Positions 1 through 12,809 of a DNA stretch of 64,000 nt are shown piece after piece. Within the stretch, counting starts at the first letter, position 1. Each line of letters starts with the position of its first letter. A program made the position numbers and the translations under genes. The notes below the pieces were generated by a model that ran no database searches, was not told where the DNA came from, and saw nothing but the letters and a program-made list of their open reading frames with translations. The stretch covers positions 314,247 through 378,246 of the forward strand of contig MU008187.1 of NCBI GenBank assembly GCA_010909165.1, read 5' to 3'. Source of the DNA: Anthoceros angustus. Lineage: Eukaryota; Plantae; Anthocerotophyta.

Positions 1-2280
1 AAGAGGGCTGGTCGCCCGAGCTGGGGGTTTTGACCAAATGGCTGAGTATTTCAGTGAGGCTCTGAAGGAGGACCTATCTATACCCACTGTGACGCCCACT
101 ACAGCTGTGGCGCAGCTAGGTGTTCAGAGACGAACTATAGCCAAGCTTCGCCAGGAGATTTTGAATTTAAGATCTGACTTGCTCCATGTGCCACCCATGG
201 ATAGATTAAGGTTGAAAGCGGTACGGACTTGACAAGAAGAAATGTAAGCTCTGAAGAGTTTGATCAAGAACGGTTGAGGAGGCCTCACCATCCTTTACCT
301 TGTCCAATTCTGCTGCGGCCCAATCTGCGGATCTAAGTGCGCTTATCTCCGACACGGAGGGGCCAGTCGATGGTATGCCCGCCCCTGGGATTGCTCAATC
401 ACGGGTTTGAAAAGAGAATTGATGTGAGTGTTGGTGCGGTGGCAAGTGTGCACAAGCAACTTGAACGAAAGTGCTTGCCTACACAAGTATTGACGCAACC
501 CTCTCCAAACCCGGTGTATTGCACCTCTTTGGAGTATAAGTGCGCCGGACGCTCGCACTCCATTTTGAGCATAAGTGCCACCATCCGCCACTTGGTACAA
601 AGGTGTGTCCGCTATTTGTGCGGACGGTGGGCACATTAGGTCTTCCTTGGGCTCGGATGCATGGGTGGGTTCGCAAATCATCGAAAACAAAGTGAAATGA
701 GACATGTGCATCGGATGCGATCGAACACAAGCATAAGAGAGCATCTGCACTGCGAGCCCTAGTGAGAGCCAGAGTATCTGAAGAAAGAGGGCTGGTCGCC
801 CGAGTGGGGTTTTGACCAAATGGTGAGTATTTCGGTGAGGCTCGAAGGAGGACCTATCTATACCCACCGTGACGCCCACTACGGTGTGGCAGCCTAGGTG
901 TTCGAGACGAACTATAGCCAAGCTTCGCGGAGATTTTGAATTTAAGATCGACTTGCTCCATGTGCCACCCATGGATAGATTAAGGTTGAAAGCGATGCGG
1001 ACTTGACAAGAAGAAATGTAAGCTACGAAGAGTTTGATCAAGAGCGGTTGAGGAGGCCTCACCATCCTTTACCTTGTCCAATTCTGCTGCGGCCCAATCT
1101 GCGGATCTAAGTGCGGCTTATCTCCGACACGGAGGGGCGGTCAGGGCGGGTACTGCGTGCAGGATTGCTCGAATCACGGGTTTGAAAAGAGAATTGATGT
1201 GAGTGTTGGTGCGGTGGCAAGTGTGCACAAGCAACTTGAACGAAAGTGCTTGCCTACACAAGTATTGACGCAACCCTCTCCAAACCCGGTGTATTGCACC
1301 TCTTTGGAGTATAAGTCGCGGACGTTGGTGCACTCCACTTTTTGAGCATAAGTGCCACCATCCGCCACTTGGTACAAAGGTGTGTCCGCTATTTGTGCGG
1401 ACGGTGGGCACATTAGGTCTTCCTTGGGCTCGGATGCATGGGTGGGTTCGCAAATCATCGAAAACAAAGTGAAATGAGACATGTGCATCGGATGCGATCG
1501 AACACAAGCATAAGAGAGCATCCGCTGCCACCGCGAGCCCTAGTGAGAGCCAGTGAGTATCTGAAGAAAGAGGGCTGGTCGCCCGAGTGGGGTTTTGACC
1601 AAATGGTGAGTATTTCGGTGAGGCTCGAAGGAGGACCTATCTATACCCACCGTGACGCCCACTACGGTGTGGCAGCCTAGGTGTTCGAGACGAACTATAG
1701 CCAAGCTTCGCGGAGATTTTGAATTTAAGATCGACTTGCTCCATGTGCCACCCATGGATAGATTAAGGTTGAAAGCGATGCGGACTTGACAAGAAGAAAT
1801 GTAAGCTACGAAGAGTTTGATCAAGAGCGGTTGAGGAGGCCTCACCATCCTTTACCTTGTCCAATTCTGCTGCGGCCCAATCTGCGGATCTAAGTGCGGC
1901 TTATCTCCGACACGGAGGGGCGGTCAGGGCGGGTACTGCGTGCAGGATTGCTCGAATCACGGGTTTGAAAAGAGAATTGATGTGAGTGTTGGTGCGGTGG
2001 CAAGTGTGCACAAGCAACTTGAACGAAAGTGCTTGCCTACACAAGTATTGACGCAACCCTCTCCAAACCCGGTGTATTGCACCTCTTTGGAGTATAAGTC
2101 GCGGACGTTCGGTGCACTCCGACTCTTTGGAGCATAAGTCGCCGATCATCCGCCACTTGGTACAAAGGTGTGTCCGTCATTTGTGCGGACGGTGGGCACA
2201 TTAGGTCTTCCTTGGGCTCGGATGCATGGGCTGTGGGTTCGCAAATCACTGAAAACAGTGAAATGAGACATGTGCATTTC
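1..2280. repeat. Three tandem copies of a ~780-bp unit
   Basis: AAGAGGGCTGGTCGCCCGAG recurs at ~1, ~786 and ~1568. Copies differ mainly at CAG/CTG sites. Confidence 0.9.
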
Positions 2281-2437
2281 TGGATGGTTGGGGCCAAAAT
2301 GGGGTTCGGAGACAAACCCCTATGCTGAGAAACACTTTTAATCAAGAATCTCAGAAACATATTCCCTCTACCGTGCCCGGTGCATTGCCAGGAACCAGCC
2401 TGATCCTCGCTCCCAACCACTTGCGAGGAGTGCTGAA

Positions 2438-2845
2438 GTGGAGTCAACAATTTCAGCATCACCTCTTGAAACCCCCGATTTCGGTCCCATTGCTGATTGG
2501 GAATTGAAAGCTTTTGGAGAAGTCTGTAATCACCCAAATTATCAAAGGACGATTAGATGGCTGAGGGGAGACAATTTTGCTGAAGATAAAGAACAAATTG
2601 AGAAATCTGCTAAAGACAAAAAACAAATTTCTGTAGAGACTCCTGTTGAAACTTCCCTTCGGAAACTTCTGACAAATCAGCACATCTTGAGAGACGGCGT
2701 TGCTCGCTTGCAAGTTTGCATCGACACACAGATATCCAGAATTGACAGCAACATCTCACAAATTGCTGGAATGCTGCGTGTGATGGATCTTGGACAGGGA
2801 TTTTCCACAGAATTCCTGCCTGCGAGCAGAGACTCTATCCTGTGA
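2438..2845 (+). other. Unassigned ORF upstream of Copia gag
   Basis: 135-aa open frame with protein-like composition (helical/coiled-coil-like C-half). No recognised motif. Confidence 0.3.
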
Positions 2846-3309
2846 CCTTTCTTCCGCTGGCGGGGAGCGCAGGAGACGCCAAACGGTGCGCATCATTAGC
2901 AGTGGCTCTTGGCGTGGATCAGAAGCGTCACATCTGCATTGCTGACCTTTGGCTTGTTTGCATCTCCTGTTGTTTGGTTGGTCCATCAACTAACCTATCA
3001 TTTCAGCAGACAGAAATGTCGGTTAGAAACTCTAACTAAAGAGCTGAAACGTTACTTTTTGAAAGTTGGTGTCTGTTCACATTTGCACCTCTACGCATCC
3101 AGGAAGGTAGATGAGGGAGCTAGACTGTTAAGGTTTAGATACATCTGTATCCACCCCCTCCCAGGCTGTCACCCTCAACTAGTCCCCTGGACACGCCTCG
3201 TTAGTATCACTAATAAGCATTTGTTAGGAACAGCAAAATCAGAGCATAACTGACCTAACTATTTTTCTTTTCAAACAATAGTTTTGCAAGGGACTTAGCT
3301 ATTTCACGC

Positions 3310-4413
3310 ATGTCCGATACCGAGAGTACACATAGTGTATCTGACCTTAGCTTTGACGGGTCCTTGGAGTCTGAGGGGGAAGAGGACCTACAGGCTGCAA
3401 ATATTTCCAATTTCTGGACTAACCCACTTGTTGTACCTATCACAAGAACAACAACAACCATGACAACCCCCTCCTTCACGTCAGAACTGAAGGAGAAAGA
3501 TAGGTTAAATGGGAAGCTGTATCCTGTGTGGAAAGTACGCATGAAAGCTCTCCGAGCAGCTGTGAGTCCTGAGTGTCGGGTGGAGGATTTCAACCGGATC
3601 CTCGACCAGAGCTGTCGATAAAGATAAATGGACAGCTCACAATGAAGTTGTTGTGGCTGTCATCATCAATGGCTTGGATGCTCTCCTTATTCCTGACGTT
3701 GAGTACCTGACCAAGGGCATCGAGATTTGGAATCAGCTCGAGAAGACATATCAGGTTACTAACATCATGACCAAGTGTGCCGTATGGCAAGAGTTCTACG
3801 CGCTGAGGATGAAGGACGGGGACAAAGCGGGTGGATTTACCAGTAAATTTCGCCACCTCCGTGCTCAGCTTGCCTCTTTCAATTACAAGATTGAGGAGGA
3901 ACATGCTGTGGTCCAGCTGTTGAGCAGCTTGCAAGCATCACTCCAGCAGCTCGTTAGCTCGTACAACGGACCCTTGTGCACCTCACAGGCTGCTGTTGTT
4001 GCCGGGAATGCAAGCACCCTCACTGTCGAAGACATAGTGGCTGCTTTGCATCAGGAAGAACAGAGCCGATTGTTCTCTGCAGGAAACGCAAGAGCAAAGG
4101 CTGACAAAGTGTTAGCTGCTAAGTTCAAGCCTCACAGACCAAAAGGCAAAGAACAATTCAAGTGCTGGTTCTGATTCTACCTCTTCGGGCACGAAGAAAA
4201 CTGGAAACTGCAATTGGTGTGGGGCACCCGGCCATTGGGCACGCGACTGCCGGAAGAAGAAGGCAGGGGAACCCCAGCGGCAACAGCCCACAAAGCAGTC
4301 TGCTAGCGTGGCAGTGAATGATAAGGGAGAAAACTCGAAAGCCACGGTGAAGATTCTCACTATCTGCCTCATAAGCACTGTTCATGACGTTGGGGATTGG
4401 TATCTTGACTCGG
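3310..4413 (+). pseudogene. Outer Copia gag (frameshifted) and start of protease
   Basis: LNGKLYPVWKVRMKAL gag N-terminus; IWNQLEKTY..WQEFYALRM UBN2-type region; zinc knuckle CNWCGAPGHWARDC (~4210-4250); WYLDS protease motif ending at 4413. Confidence 0.85.
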
Positions 4414-4672
4414 TGTAAGGGTATTAAAGCCCAATGTACTTAGACTAATTGTATTAGTCTAAGTTAGGTGTCAGTTAAGTATCATTAGTTTCGCTAAAGC
4501 TAATCACTAGGAAGCTTCTTGTGCTCCTTCCTAGTGGCTTCTTGTGGAGCTTCCTAGGGAGCCCTGTTGGAGGGTATAAATACCCTCAGAGCCTCATCTC
4601 AATTTGAGAGAATTACACTTGCCTCCTCCTCTCCTCTCCTCTTTGCACCATCACGGCCGCCACGATCCTTCA
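4414..4672 (+). repeat. 5' LTR of inner Copia (259 bp)
   Basis: TGTAAGGGTATTAAAGCCC...GATCCTTCA, highly similar to 24594-24851. Contains a TATAAATA box. Confidence 0.95.
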
Positions 4673-4674
4673 AC

Positions 4675-4685
4675 CGGTATCGAGC
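4675..4685 (+). promoter_or_regulatory. Primer-binding site (tRNA-iMet type, degraded)
   Basis: CGGTATCGAGC just after the LTR, versus canonical TGGTATCAGAGC. The differences are exactly CTG>CCG and CAG>CG. Confidence 0.75.
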
Positions 4686-4842
4686 GGGTGCGGGCGCAGT
4701 TACAGGTGCGGCTTGGCATTGCTGGAGCGGGCGCTTGCGCACGTCGCTGGGCGCGGCCGGGAGCCACGGGCGCGGGCGCGGCGGCGTGGCGCGGCGGCGC
4801 GGTGCGGCGTGCGCTGGGCGAGGCGCGGGCGGCCGGTGATGC

Positions 4843-7800
4843 CGTGCGTGGCCGTGGTCGCAGCGCGTACGCCGCGTGGCGCGGCAGGCGCGAGGCGCGG
4901 GCGCGGCAGTGCGCCACGTGACGTGTGGCGCAGGCCGCCGCTCGCGCAGCCGCAGCGCGTGAGCACAAAACCGAGGCGCGGCGGCGTTACGCGCAACGAG
5001 GTCGAGTAGGCGCGAGGCTGCAGGCGAGAGCACCATAGGTGCTAAAGAATCCACACCAAAATAATCATGCTGCCGAGCCGCTGCGGTCGTACCCTCAGCC
5101 TTAAAATCGGTGATTTTTTTTTTTACTTTTCTGACAGGGTCAATGTACGCTTTGGTGTACCATCTTAAGTGTTGAAAACGTAAGTGACCCAAACGACACC
5201 CGAATCTCATATATTCCCAAGTAACATTTTCGTCTATATATGCGATTTATGTGCAGACAATATATTCAAACGCAGTTGTACTCCCGTGACTACGACCATG
5301 GGAATGACAGGCGCTGCCGTGCCGTCATCACGCCTAAGGGGAGTGAAGCAGCTGCAAGTGCGGGGCTTCCAGTTACGCGCGAAAGTGCTCAAGCAAGTTT
5401 GGACGCAAGTTTGGCTGCCAACCCGTCCCCACACACGGCCGCCTGGGCCGGAGCAACGGAAGGGAGGGCCCAGTCGAAGCAAGACAAGGTGGGTTCTTTT
5501 TGGTCACTTAACTCGATGCCCGGGGCAAGGCGTAATCCGATTTTGTGTGCAGGAAGCAACTCCCCGAGGATGTAGAAGGAGGGAACATCTCCCATACATT
5601 GGGCTCCTGCTCGACTGCAAGGGGGAGCAGCAGAGGGGCATCCAGGCTGGTGTCCAGGTTCAAATTTCCAGCTTGAACGCCGATTTCTTAAGTGTCTAGG
5701 GTGAACGGGCAAGTTGTTGTGGCATGAGGGTTGTCGCTACAGAGTATGTGTGGTGTGCCACACGAAACCCGTGGTGTGTGTTGTGATTAACCATGGGTGT
5801 GGTATGCCCGTGGGTTTTGTGTGCAGTGGCTATGTCTGTGTGGCATGCAGATTGTGTGTCGATTTGTACCATCGCTGTGGCAATTAGAGCATGTTGTTGG
5901 GTGTTTGTGGTCTGCTGATGGGCCTTCCAACCGACAGACTCTCGGGATGTTTGGTGTGGCATAAGGGTTGTGGCTACGGTGTGGTGTGCCACAGAAAACG
6001 CGTGTGGCGTGTTGTGCGGTTAGCACCTTCACTACGGCAAAATTTGGAGCATGCTGAAGGGTGTTTGTGGTGTGGTGACGGGTTCCATGGTCGATGACTC
6101 GGTATGTGGTGTTGCATGCGGTTACGTGTGGTGTGGTGTGTCTTATCTGTGGTGTGTTGTGGTGTCTTTGTCTCTGGTGTGTGTCTTTGTCGTGTGGTGA
6201 CGGGTTTTCAGTGACGGACTCCTTATGTCTGAGTTGCATGCGGGTTATGTGTGGTGTGGTGTGTCTTGTCTGTGTGGTGTGCTGTGGTGTGTCTTTGTCT
6301 CTGTGGTGTGTGTCTTTGTCTGTGTGGTGACGGGTTCTCCAGCTGACAGACTCCCGGTATGTGCAGGTTGCATGCGGGTTGTGTGTGTCTTTGTGTGTCT
6401 TTGTGTGTGTCTTTGTCTTTGTGGTATGTGGCTTTGTCTGTGTGGTGTGTTGTGCCATTGCCCATGTACCAGTGCATTTTGTGTTGTGTGTGTTTTGTTG
6501 TTTATGATTTGCATACAAGTGCAGAAGCACATCCACAATGAAGGGTGACGGGCTCTGAGAGAAGACTGTTCAGCAGGGGACAAGGATCAAGTTAAAGGGC
6601 TCGCAGGCAACTTCCTTGGATTGCTGTCTGGCTAAGGGAGCTTCTAACTAGCCGGGTGATCTCGGGTTTTGCGGGAGGCGCGGGCGTGTGGCGTGAGCGC
6701 GTGCGTGGCCGGTCGCAGCGCGTACGCCGCGTGGCGAGGCCGCTGGCGCGGCGCCACGTGACGCCGTATGGTCGCCGCTCCGCAGCCGCAGCGCGAGCAC
6801 AAAACCGAGGCGCGGCAGGCAAAATTACGCGCAACGAGGTCGAGTAGGCGCGAGCGCCGCAGGGGGCGAGAGCACCATAGGTGCTAAAGAATCCAGCACC
6901 AAAATAATCATGGTGCCGAACGCCGATTTCTTAAAATCGGTGATTTTTTTTACTTTTCCGAGGGTCAATGTACGCTTTGGTGTACCATCTTAAGTGTTAA
7001 AAACGCGTGACCCAAACGACACCGAATCTCATATATTCCCAAGTAACATTTTCATATATGCGATTTATGTGCGTATAATATATTCAAACGCAGCTTGTAC
7101 TCCGTGACTACGACCATGGGAATGACAGCGCTGCGTCATCACGCCTAAGGGGAGTGAAGCCGTGCGCTTCACGCTGAAAGTGCTCAAGCAAGTTTGGACG
7201 CAAGTTTGGTCGCCAACCCGTCCCCACACACGGCCGCGTGCGGCTCGAGCGAAGGAGGAAGCCCAAGGGAAGCAAGACAGCAAGGTGGGTTCTTTTGTCC
7301 GCCTCGCAATCGATGCCCGGGGCAAGGCGTAATCTAAGATCCCCGAGGATGTAGAAGGAGGAACATCTCCCATACATTGGGCTCGCCGACTTTCGCAAGG
7401 GGAGCAGAGGGGCATCCAGGCTGGTGTCCAGGTTCAAATTTCCAGCTTGAACGCCGATTTCTTAAGTGTCTAGGGTGAACGGGCAAGTTGTTGTGGCATG
7501 AGGGTTGTCGCTACAGAGTATGTGTGGTGTGCCACACGAAACCCGTGGTGTGTGTTGTGATTAACCATGGGTGTGGTATGCCCGTGGGTTTTGTGTGCAG
7601 TGGCTATGTCTGTGTGGCATGCAGATTGTGTGTCGATTTGTACCATGGCTGTGAATTAGAGCATGTTGTTGGGTGTTTGTGGTCTGCTGATGGGCCTTCC
7701 AACCGACAGACTCTCGGGATGTTTGGTGTGTGGCATAAGGGTTGTGGCTACGGTGGTGTGCCACGAAAACGCGTGTATGGCGTGTTGTGCGTTAGCACCT

Positions 7801-8415
7801 TCACTACGGCAAAATTTGGAGCATCTTTGAAGGGTCAAGGTTTGTGGTGTGGTGACGGGTTCCATGGTCGATGACTCGGTATGTGGTGTTGCATGGTTAC
7901 GTGGTGGTGGTGTGTCTTGTCACATGTGGTGTGTTGTGGTGTGTCTTTGTCTCCGTGGTGTGTCTTTATACGTGTGGTGACGGGTTTTCAATGATGTGAC
8001 TTCTGCAAAAGGTGCATGGTTACGTGTGGTGTGTCTTATCTGTGGTGTGTTGTGGTGTGTCTTTGTCTCGTGGTGTGTGTCTTGTGTGGTGACGGGTTTT
8101 CGGTGACAGACTCAGTTGCATATGCGGGTTGTGTGTCTTTGTGTGTCTTTGTGTGTGTCTTTGTCTTTGTGGTATGTGGCTTTGTCTGTGTGGTGTGTTG
8201 TGCCATTGCCCATGTAGTGCATTTTGTGTTGTGTGTTTTGTTGTTTATGATATACAAGTGCAAGCACATCCACAATGAAGGGTGACGGCTCGAGAGAAGA
8301 CTCGCTCAATAGGACAAGGATCAAGTTAAAGGGCTCGCAGGCAACTTCCTTGGATTGTCATCGGCTGGGAGCTTCTAACTAGTGGGCCGATCACTGGGTT
8401 TTGCGGGAGGCGGGG
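4843..8415. repeat. ~1.8-kb tandem duplication
   Basis: ~4843-6690 is repeated at ~6700-8415 (GC-rich leader, TIR junction and GT-rich tract all duplicated). Confidence 0.85.
5700..6540. repeat. GT-rich low-complexity tract (second copy ~7480-8280)
   Basis: Degenerate TGTGGTGTG / GTGTCTTTGTC repeats. Confidence 0.85.
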
Positions 8416-8419
8416 AGAC

Positions 8420-9130
8420 TCCGTCCATGAATCTGAGGATGAGGAGTCTGGGGAGAGTGCTGGTAGTGGAGATGTACAAGAGGAACACCTCGACCATGGT
8501 CATGCTGCAGCACACTCACGGAGATCAACCACTGGAGGTGAGCGAAGGAGCAAGCGGGGGATGGAACGGCAAGCTGCTAGGCGGGGGAGCAAGATTGACG
8601 CCATTTGGGGATCACCCAAACGACCTCTCACAACTTAGACATGGAAGGATGACGAGGGGAACATACGGCATGATGGATGCAATGTCAGGGACAAGACTGT
8701 TACAGGAGCTTTGCGAGACAAGATTGGAGGAAAAGGGGTGATCGAATCTTGGTTTGGAACCCCATCTCCCAACGATGGATACATTTGGAAGCAAACAGAT
8801 AAACTGAGCGATGAGGAATGGAGAAGGGTGGACAACCTTGTCCACAATATCTACAGCATGAGGCCCTCCTTGGGTGAGAAGAAGGTTCCCCGGCTGATGT
8901 GCCTTGGGATCTTAATGGAGAAGCTGGAGGGTGTTCGAGTGAATTGGAGCAGTACAAAATAACAGCAGTTGAGGGCATCGAGAGGCTTGCCAAAAAACGG
9001 GAAGAAAAACGTTTCCAGAAGGCAAAGGATGCTGGATTGCTTGGCGAAGGAGAGTCCACACAAGCAGACCTTGAGGCTGGTGAGGTGACAGCCCCACCTG
9101 ATCAGCAACCACAGGCTGGTAAGTCCACAT
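8420..9130 (+). other. Unassigned frameshifted ORF inside the 5137-10984 element
   Basis: Acidic N-terminus (HESEDEESGESAGSG) followed by the ordered segment KLSDEEWRRVDNLVHNIY..GILMEKLEGVRVNWS. No family recognised. Confidence 0.35.
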
Positions 9131-9379
9131 TCAGCTTTTGTTCCGACTGTGGAAGTGGTTTAGTTGTCATGTATGCTTGAATGATGCATAGAATTCATGG
9201 TAAATGATCGACTGCTTGCTCAATTTTGGTGCACACACTGTCACTCGGCATGCCCCTGTGAACGGGATTTGCACAAGGTCAGCACAAATGACATATATAG
9301 GGCCAGGATGCGCTGAGACATTGGACCCTAAAGACCATCCCCCATCAACAAGCGGTAGACACTCTACATACCAGGCTAT

Positions 9380-10420
9380 GGTGTCCAGCAATGGTAAACA
9401 GAATAAGCGGTCACCTGCGAGGTATCGAGGAAATGGATGATGTGCTTGCGAAACACAAATGGCGCCACACGTTGCCGCTTTGCGTCCTTAGAGTTCGAAG
9501 AAGGACGTGATGATTGTTCCCAGAATTATTCAACACAGACCTTCACTGAAGCGCTCAACGCATCTGCTCTCACCTTCCGTCCTCCCCCATACCATTTCAC
9601 ATCCTCCTCAACCCTGTGTATCTCGTAGTGAGCTTGAACATGCCGCGCCACAACTCGTCGGCTGACCCCAAGAACGCGACCCATGGTAGCTACACCCGCA
9701 TCTTGGCCTGCACCTTGTGACAGAACAATGTTCATGAAGGTCTGCCGAGCTTTCAGCTTGTCGCTTGCTTGGACACCTTGCAGCCTTCTCATGGCAGCCA
9801 TGATGGACTCCAAAGCCTGGTTTGTGGCTCTTGCAGATCTGCCCTCCCTCCCCACCATGGAAGCACAAAACTTCTGAAGACTACGGAGGCGCGAAAACGA
9901 TTCCAACACCCTGGACCTGCCTTGCGCACTAAAATGACGGGTTCTACGCAAGAAAATGGACCCCAAGTCCCGCGCAATCGCTTGGCAACATGAGTCGGAT
10001 GGCCCCCTCACTCCAGAAGTGTTGGTTAGCTCTCTTTGCCGTGCCCTACATCGTCTCGACCACTCAGTGCCGGACAATCATGCTCTTGGAACTAAGGCTT
10101 CCGCTGCTGGCACTACGGGTTCCATGGGTGGGGCGTCAACATCATGCGCATCCCCAGGCTGAGCCCCTTGAAAGCCAAAACCCCCCATGTCTTGTGCAGC
10201 CCCTTCACTCCCCATGTCTTGTGCAGCCCCTACATTAGTTTCTGCACCCACCACTAGAGGTGGCACCGAAACACTTTCAGGGATATCCACTGCCAATCTT
10301 TTTTCAGTGCTAACCTGCCTCTTTGCTCGCCAGGCACGTTTCCAAGCAGCATGCTTGGAGCGTCGGACAACATCCGCCTCGTTCCCGTTGCTTGCGCCAT
10401 GTCTCAATACACACTGAACC
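9380..10420 (-). pseudogene. N-terminal remnant of a DNA-transposon protein
   Basis: LGVSRRVVARH..KWYGGGRKVRADAL..FWEQSSRPSSNSKD..RKHIIHFL resembles N-termini of Sola-related transposases. No catalytic core seen. Confidence 0.45.
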
Positions 10421-11027
10421 CTTCAACTTTCGCAATCCATGGCCTCACCTATCACAAAAAACTTTGACAACTGGGGCCAAGGGCGATTGGGTACTCTCAA
10501 CTTCACATCGGTGTGAAGTGTAAATTTCAAACTAGGAATCTCCCTCCCAGGATGAGCCATTCGAGCACTTCCCGCGAAAACAAGGTTTAAAATTGAAACT
10601 AAAAGTCTCTCTCCCACGGAGGAGGGAGAACATACATTTTAAATTTCAAAGAATTCTCTCTCTTGGGATCAAGCAACGGTGGGAAGGGACTCTCTCTCCC
10701 CGTCCCGAGTGTGGTGCCAGCATCACACATTGAGTGTTACAATTGCACTTTCATAATTAAAGCTGACCACAAATAGTTTCTACCACATATGTATCTTTTT
10801 CTTGCTGAATTTTTTTTAGTGCATCTGTCTAGATGGTCACCCTTGCTCTAAAAAATTTTAGACAAATTGGACATCATTTGATCAATCCAAAATTATCTAA
10901 ATGGAAAAAGTGGACACATGTGGACATAAATTCGCGTTGCGATTGTTGCATACTTATATGGTACACCAAACCACACTACCACCCGACAAGGCGAGTCGAG
11001 TGTTTCATCTGTATCGATTTTTGAGTC

Positions 11028-12070
11028 ATGATGTCTTCATCATCAGAAAACGTCATGTTCAATATCGAGAAGTTAGATGGTACTAACTTCCCGTTACGGA
11101 AAGAACAAGTGTATAATGTTCTAGTGCGGAAAAGCGGATCAAGCCCATAAAGTTGTTAGGCGTCAAACCGGATAGTATGACACGGATGAGTGGCGGGACA
11201 CGGATGAGCTTGCTAGATCTACTATCATGCTAACATTGTCAAAAGCAGTGTACTTCAATGTGAAAGATAAGACCACGAGTTCTGAGTGGCGGTATGTGAC
11301 TGTATGAGAAGCAAAGTGCGGCTTCTCAGGTGTATTGGTTGAGACAGCTGGTGGACTTGAAGATGAAGGAAGGGACGAGGATGTCCGATCATCGAATGAT
11401 TTCAATACCATTTTCAGCCAGCTCTCATCTCAAGGTATCACGTTCCCAGTTAGTGAGAGCTATGTTTACATTGGTCACATTACCAGAGTTGGGACACCTT
11501 TAAATGCGACTCGAGTAATTACGCCTTGCTAGTGGTCTTACCATTGTAAATGTAGAAGGTAGCACATTGGCGAGGAGGTGAGCAGGAAAAACATGGAACC
11601 TTCAAAAGGTTCCGGTGCCCTCATAGTGAGAGGGAGGTCCCTGCGAAGGGAAACAGCCGACGAAGCTTTTCTCGTAGCAAATCTCGTAGTCGTAACAAGA
11701 ATGTGGAGTGTCACTATTGTCACAAAGGGTCACTTCAAAAGAGTGCGAGAAGTTCAAAAGGACCAAGGAAAAGAGAAGCGGGGCAGCAAGGCGACTTGAA
11801 TGTCGGGTTGGAAGAGTTAAACTACATTGAGGGCGGAGATGTCCTTATCTCTTCTTACTTGAATCTTGCTGATTAACGTAGTGGATAGTCATTTATTACG
11901 CAATTGGATAATTGACTACGGTGCATCTTTCCATGTTACTCCTCATAGAGAGTGGTTTAGCACGTATGATGCTACAAGGAAAGGATGTGTTAGGCTTGGA
12001 AATAACTACGCATGCCAGATCGCAAGCGTTGGTGATGTGCAGCTCAAGTTTGACAACGGATCTTCAACAC
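11028..12070 (+). pseudogene. Inner Copia gag-protease (Tnt1-like)
   Basis: MMSSSSENVMFNIEKLDGTNF gag start; VECHYCHK-GH zinc knuckle ~11700; WIIDYGASFHVTP..CVRLGNN..VGDVQLKFDNGS protease. Confidence 0.85.
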
Positions 12071-12809
12071 CATAATATTTGAAGCGGCTCAATATACAAG
12101 AAGGGGCTTATGGGGTACATATACGGTGAAGGGGCTTCTCGATGGGCAACGAAATGGGGTTTTGCCCGTTATGGTAATGCCAATGTTTGGAAAAATAGGG
12201 TCTAAGATACAGCCCTAAGCGTGTCTGGATGTGTTCTATTGGTCGCGATGGTGACTTCCATGGTCACGTAGTTTTCTGAAATAATACCCATAATGTACGC
12301 CATTTGTGCGGGTGATGGAAGGTGAAATATGGATAAGTTTAGGGTATGAGATTTGAAACATGGGAAGAGAGCCTCCCGTGATTGAATACCATCCTTGAGT
12401 GTTTGTCATGGCTCTACTTCATTGAGCTTTATTATGTCAAGATGTGTGGGGAAGCTCGCGGTCTGGGCGAGGGTAAGGCGGCGCCAACTCTTAGTGGTCC
12501 TAGCTACAAGCGTTTGAATCAATGACAATGCCAAGCGATAACTAATCAGCAGGTTTGGTTTAAACCCTTCATGGACTACGGCGCAATAGATTTGCATTCA
12601 TGCGGATGGAGAATTCAAATGTAATATAATAGATAGCTTATGTTGAAGATAATAATGGGCGGCATGCCGCCCATTGCCTATATGATCGGATATGACCTGA
12701 TGACGGACAATACCCCAATATGCCCACTATGTAAGAATCGTTACATGGGCATACGCTAAACAATGCAAGTCCTGGCATTGGAGTTGCTGCATTACGACTG
12801 GTTGATCAC

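Larger units (their letters stand above)
5137..10984. mobile_element. TIR DNA transposon (Sola2-like termini) inserted in inner Copia 5' leader
   Basis: Left end GGGT-N10-TTTGGTGTACCAT; the reverse complement of the right end is also GGGT-N10-TTTGGTGTACCAT. Flanking 4-bp direct repeat GACA (5133-5136 and 10985-10988). Transposase-like remnant inside. Confidence 0.6.

Noticed and set aside
4567-5210. GC-rich ORFs just after the 5' LTR
   Set aside because: Retrotransposon leader with few stop codons because of GC content; no protein motifs.
5787-6583. His/Thr-rich and Cys/Val-rich ORFs
   Set aside because: Translation products of the GT/CA low-complexity tract.
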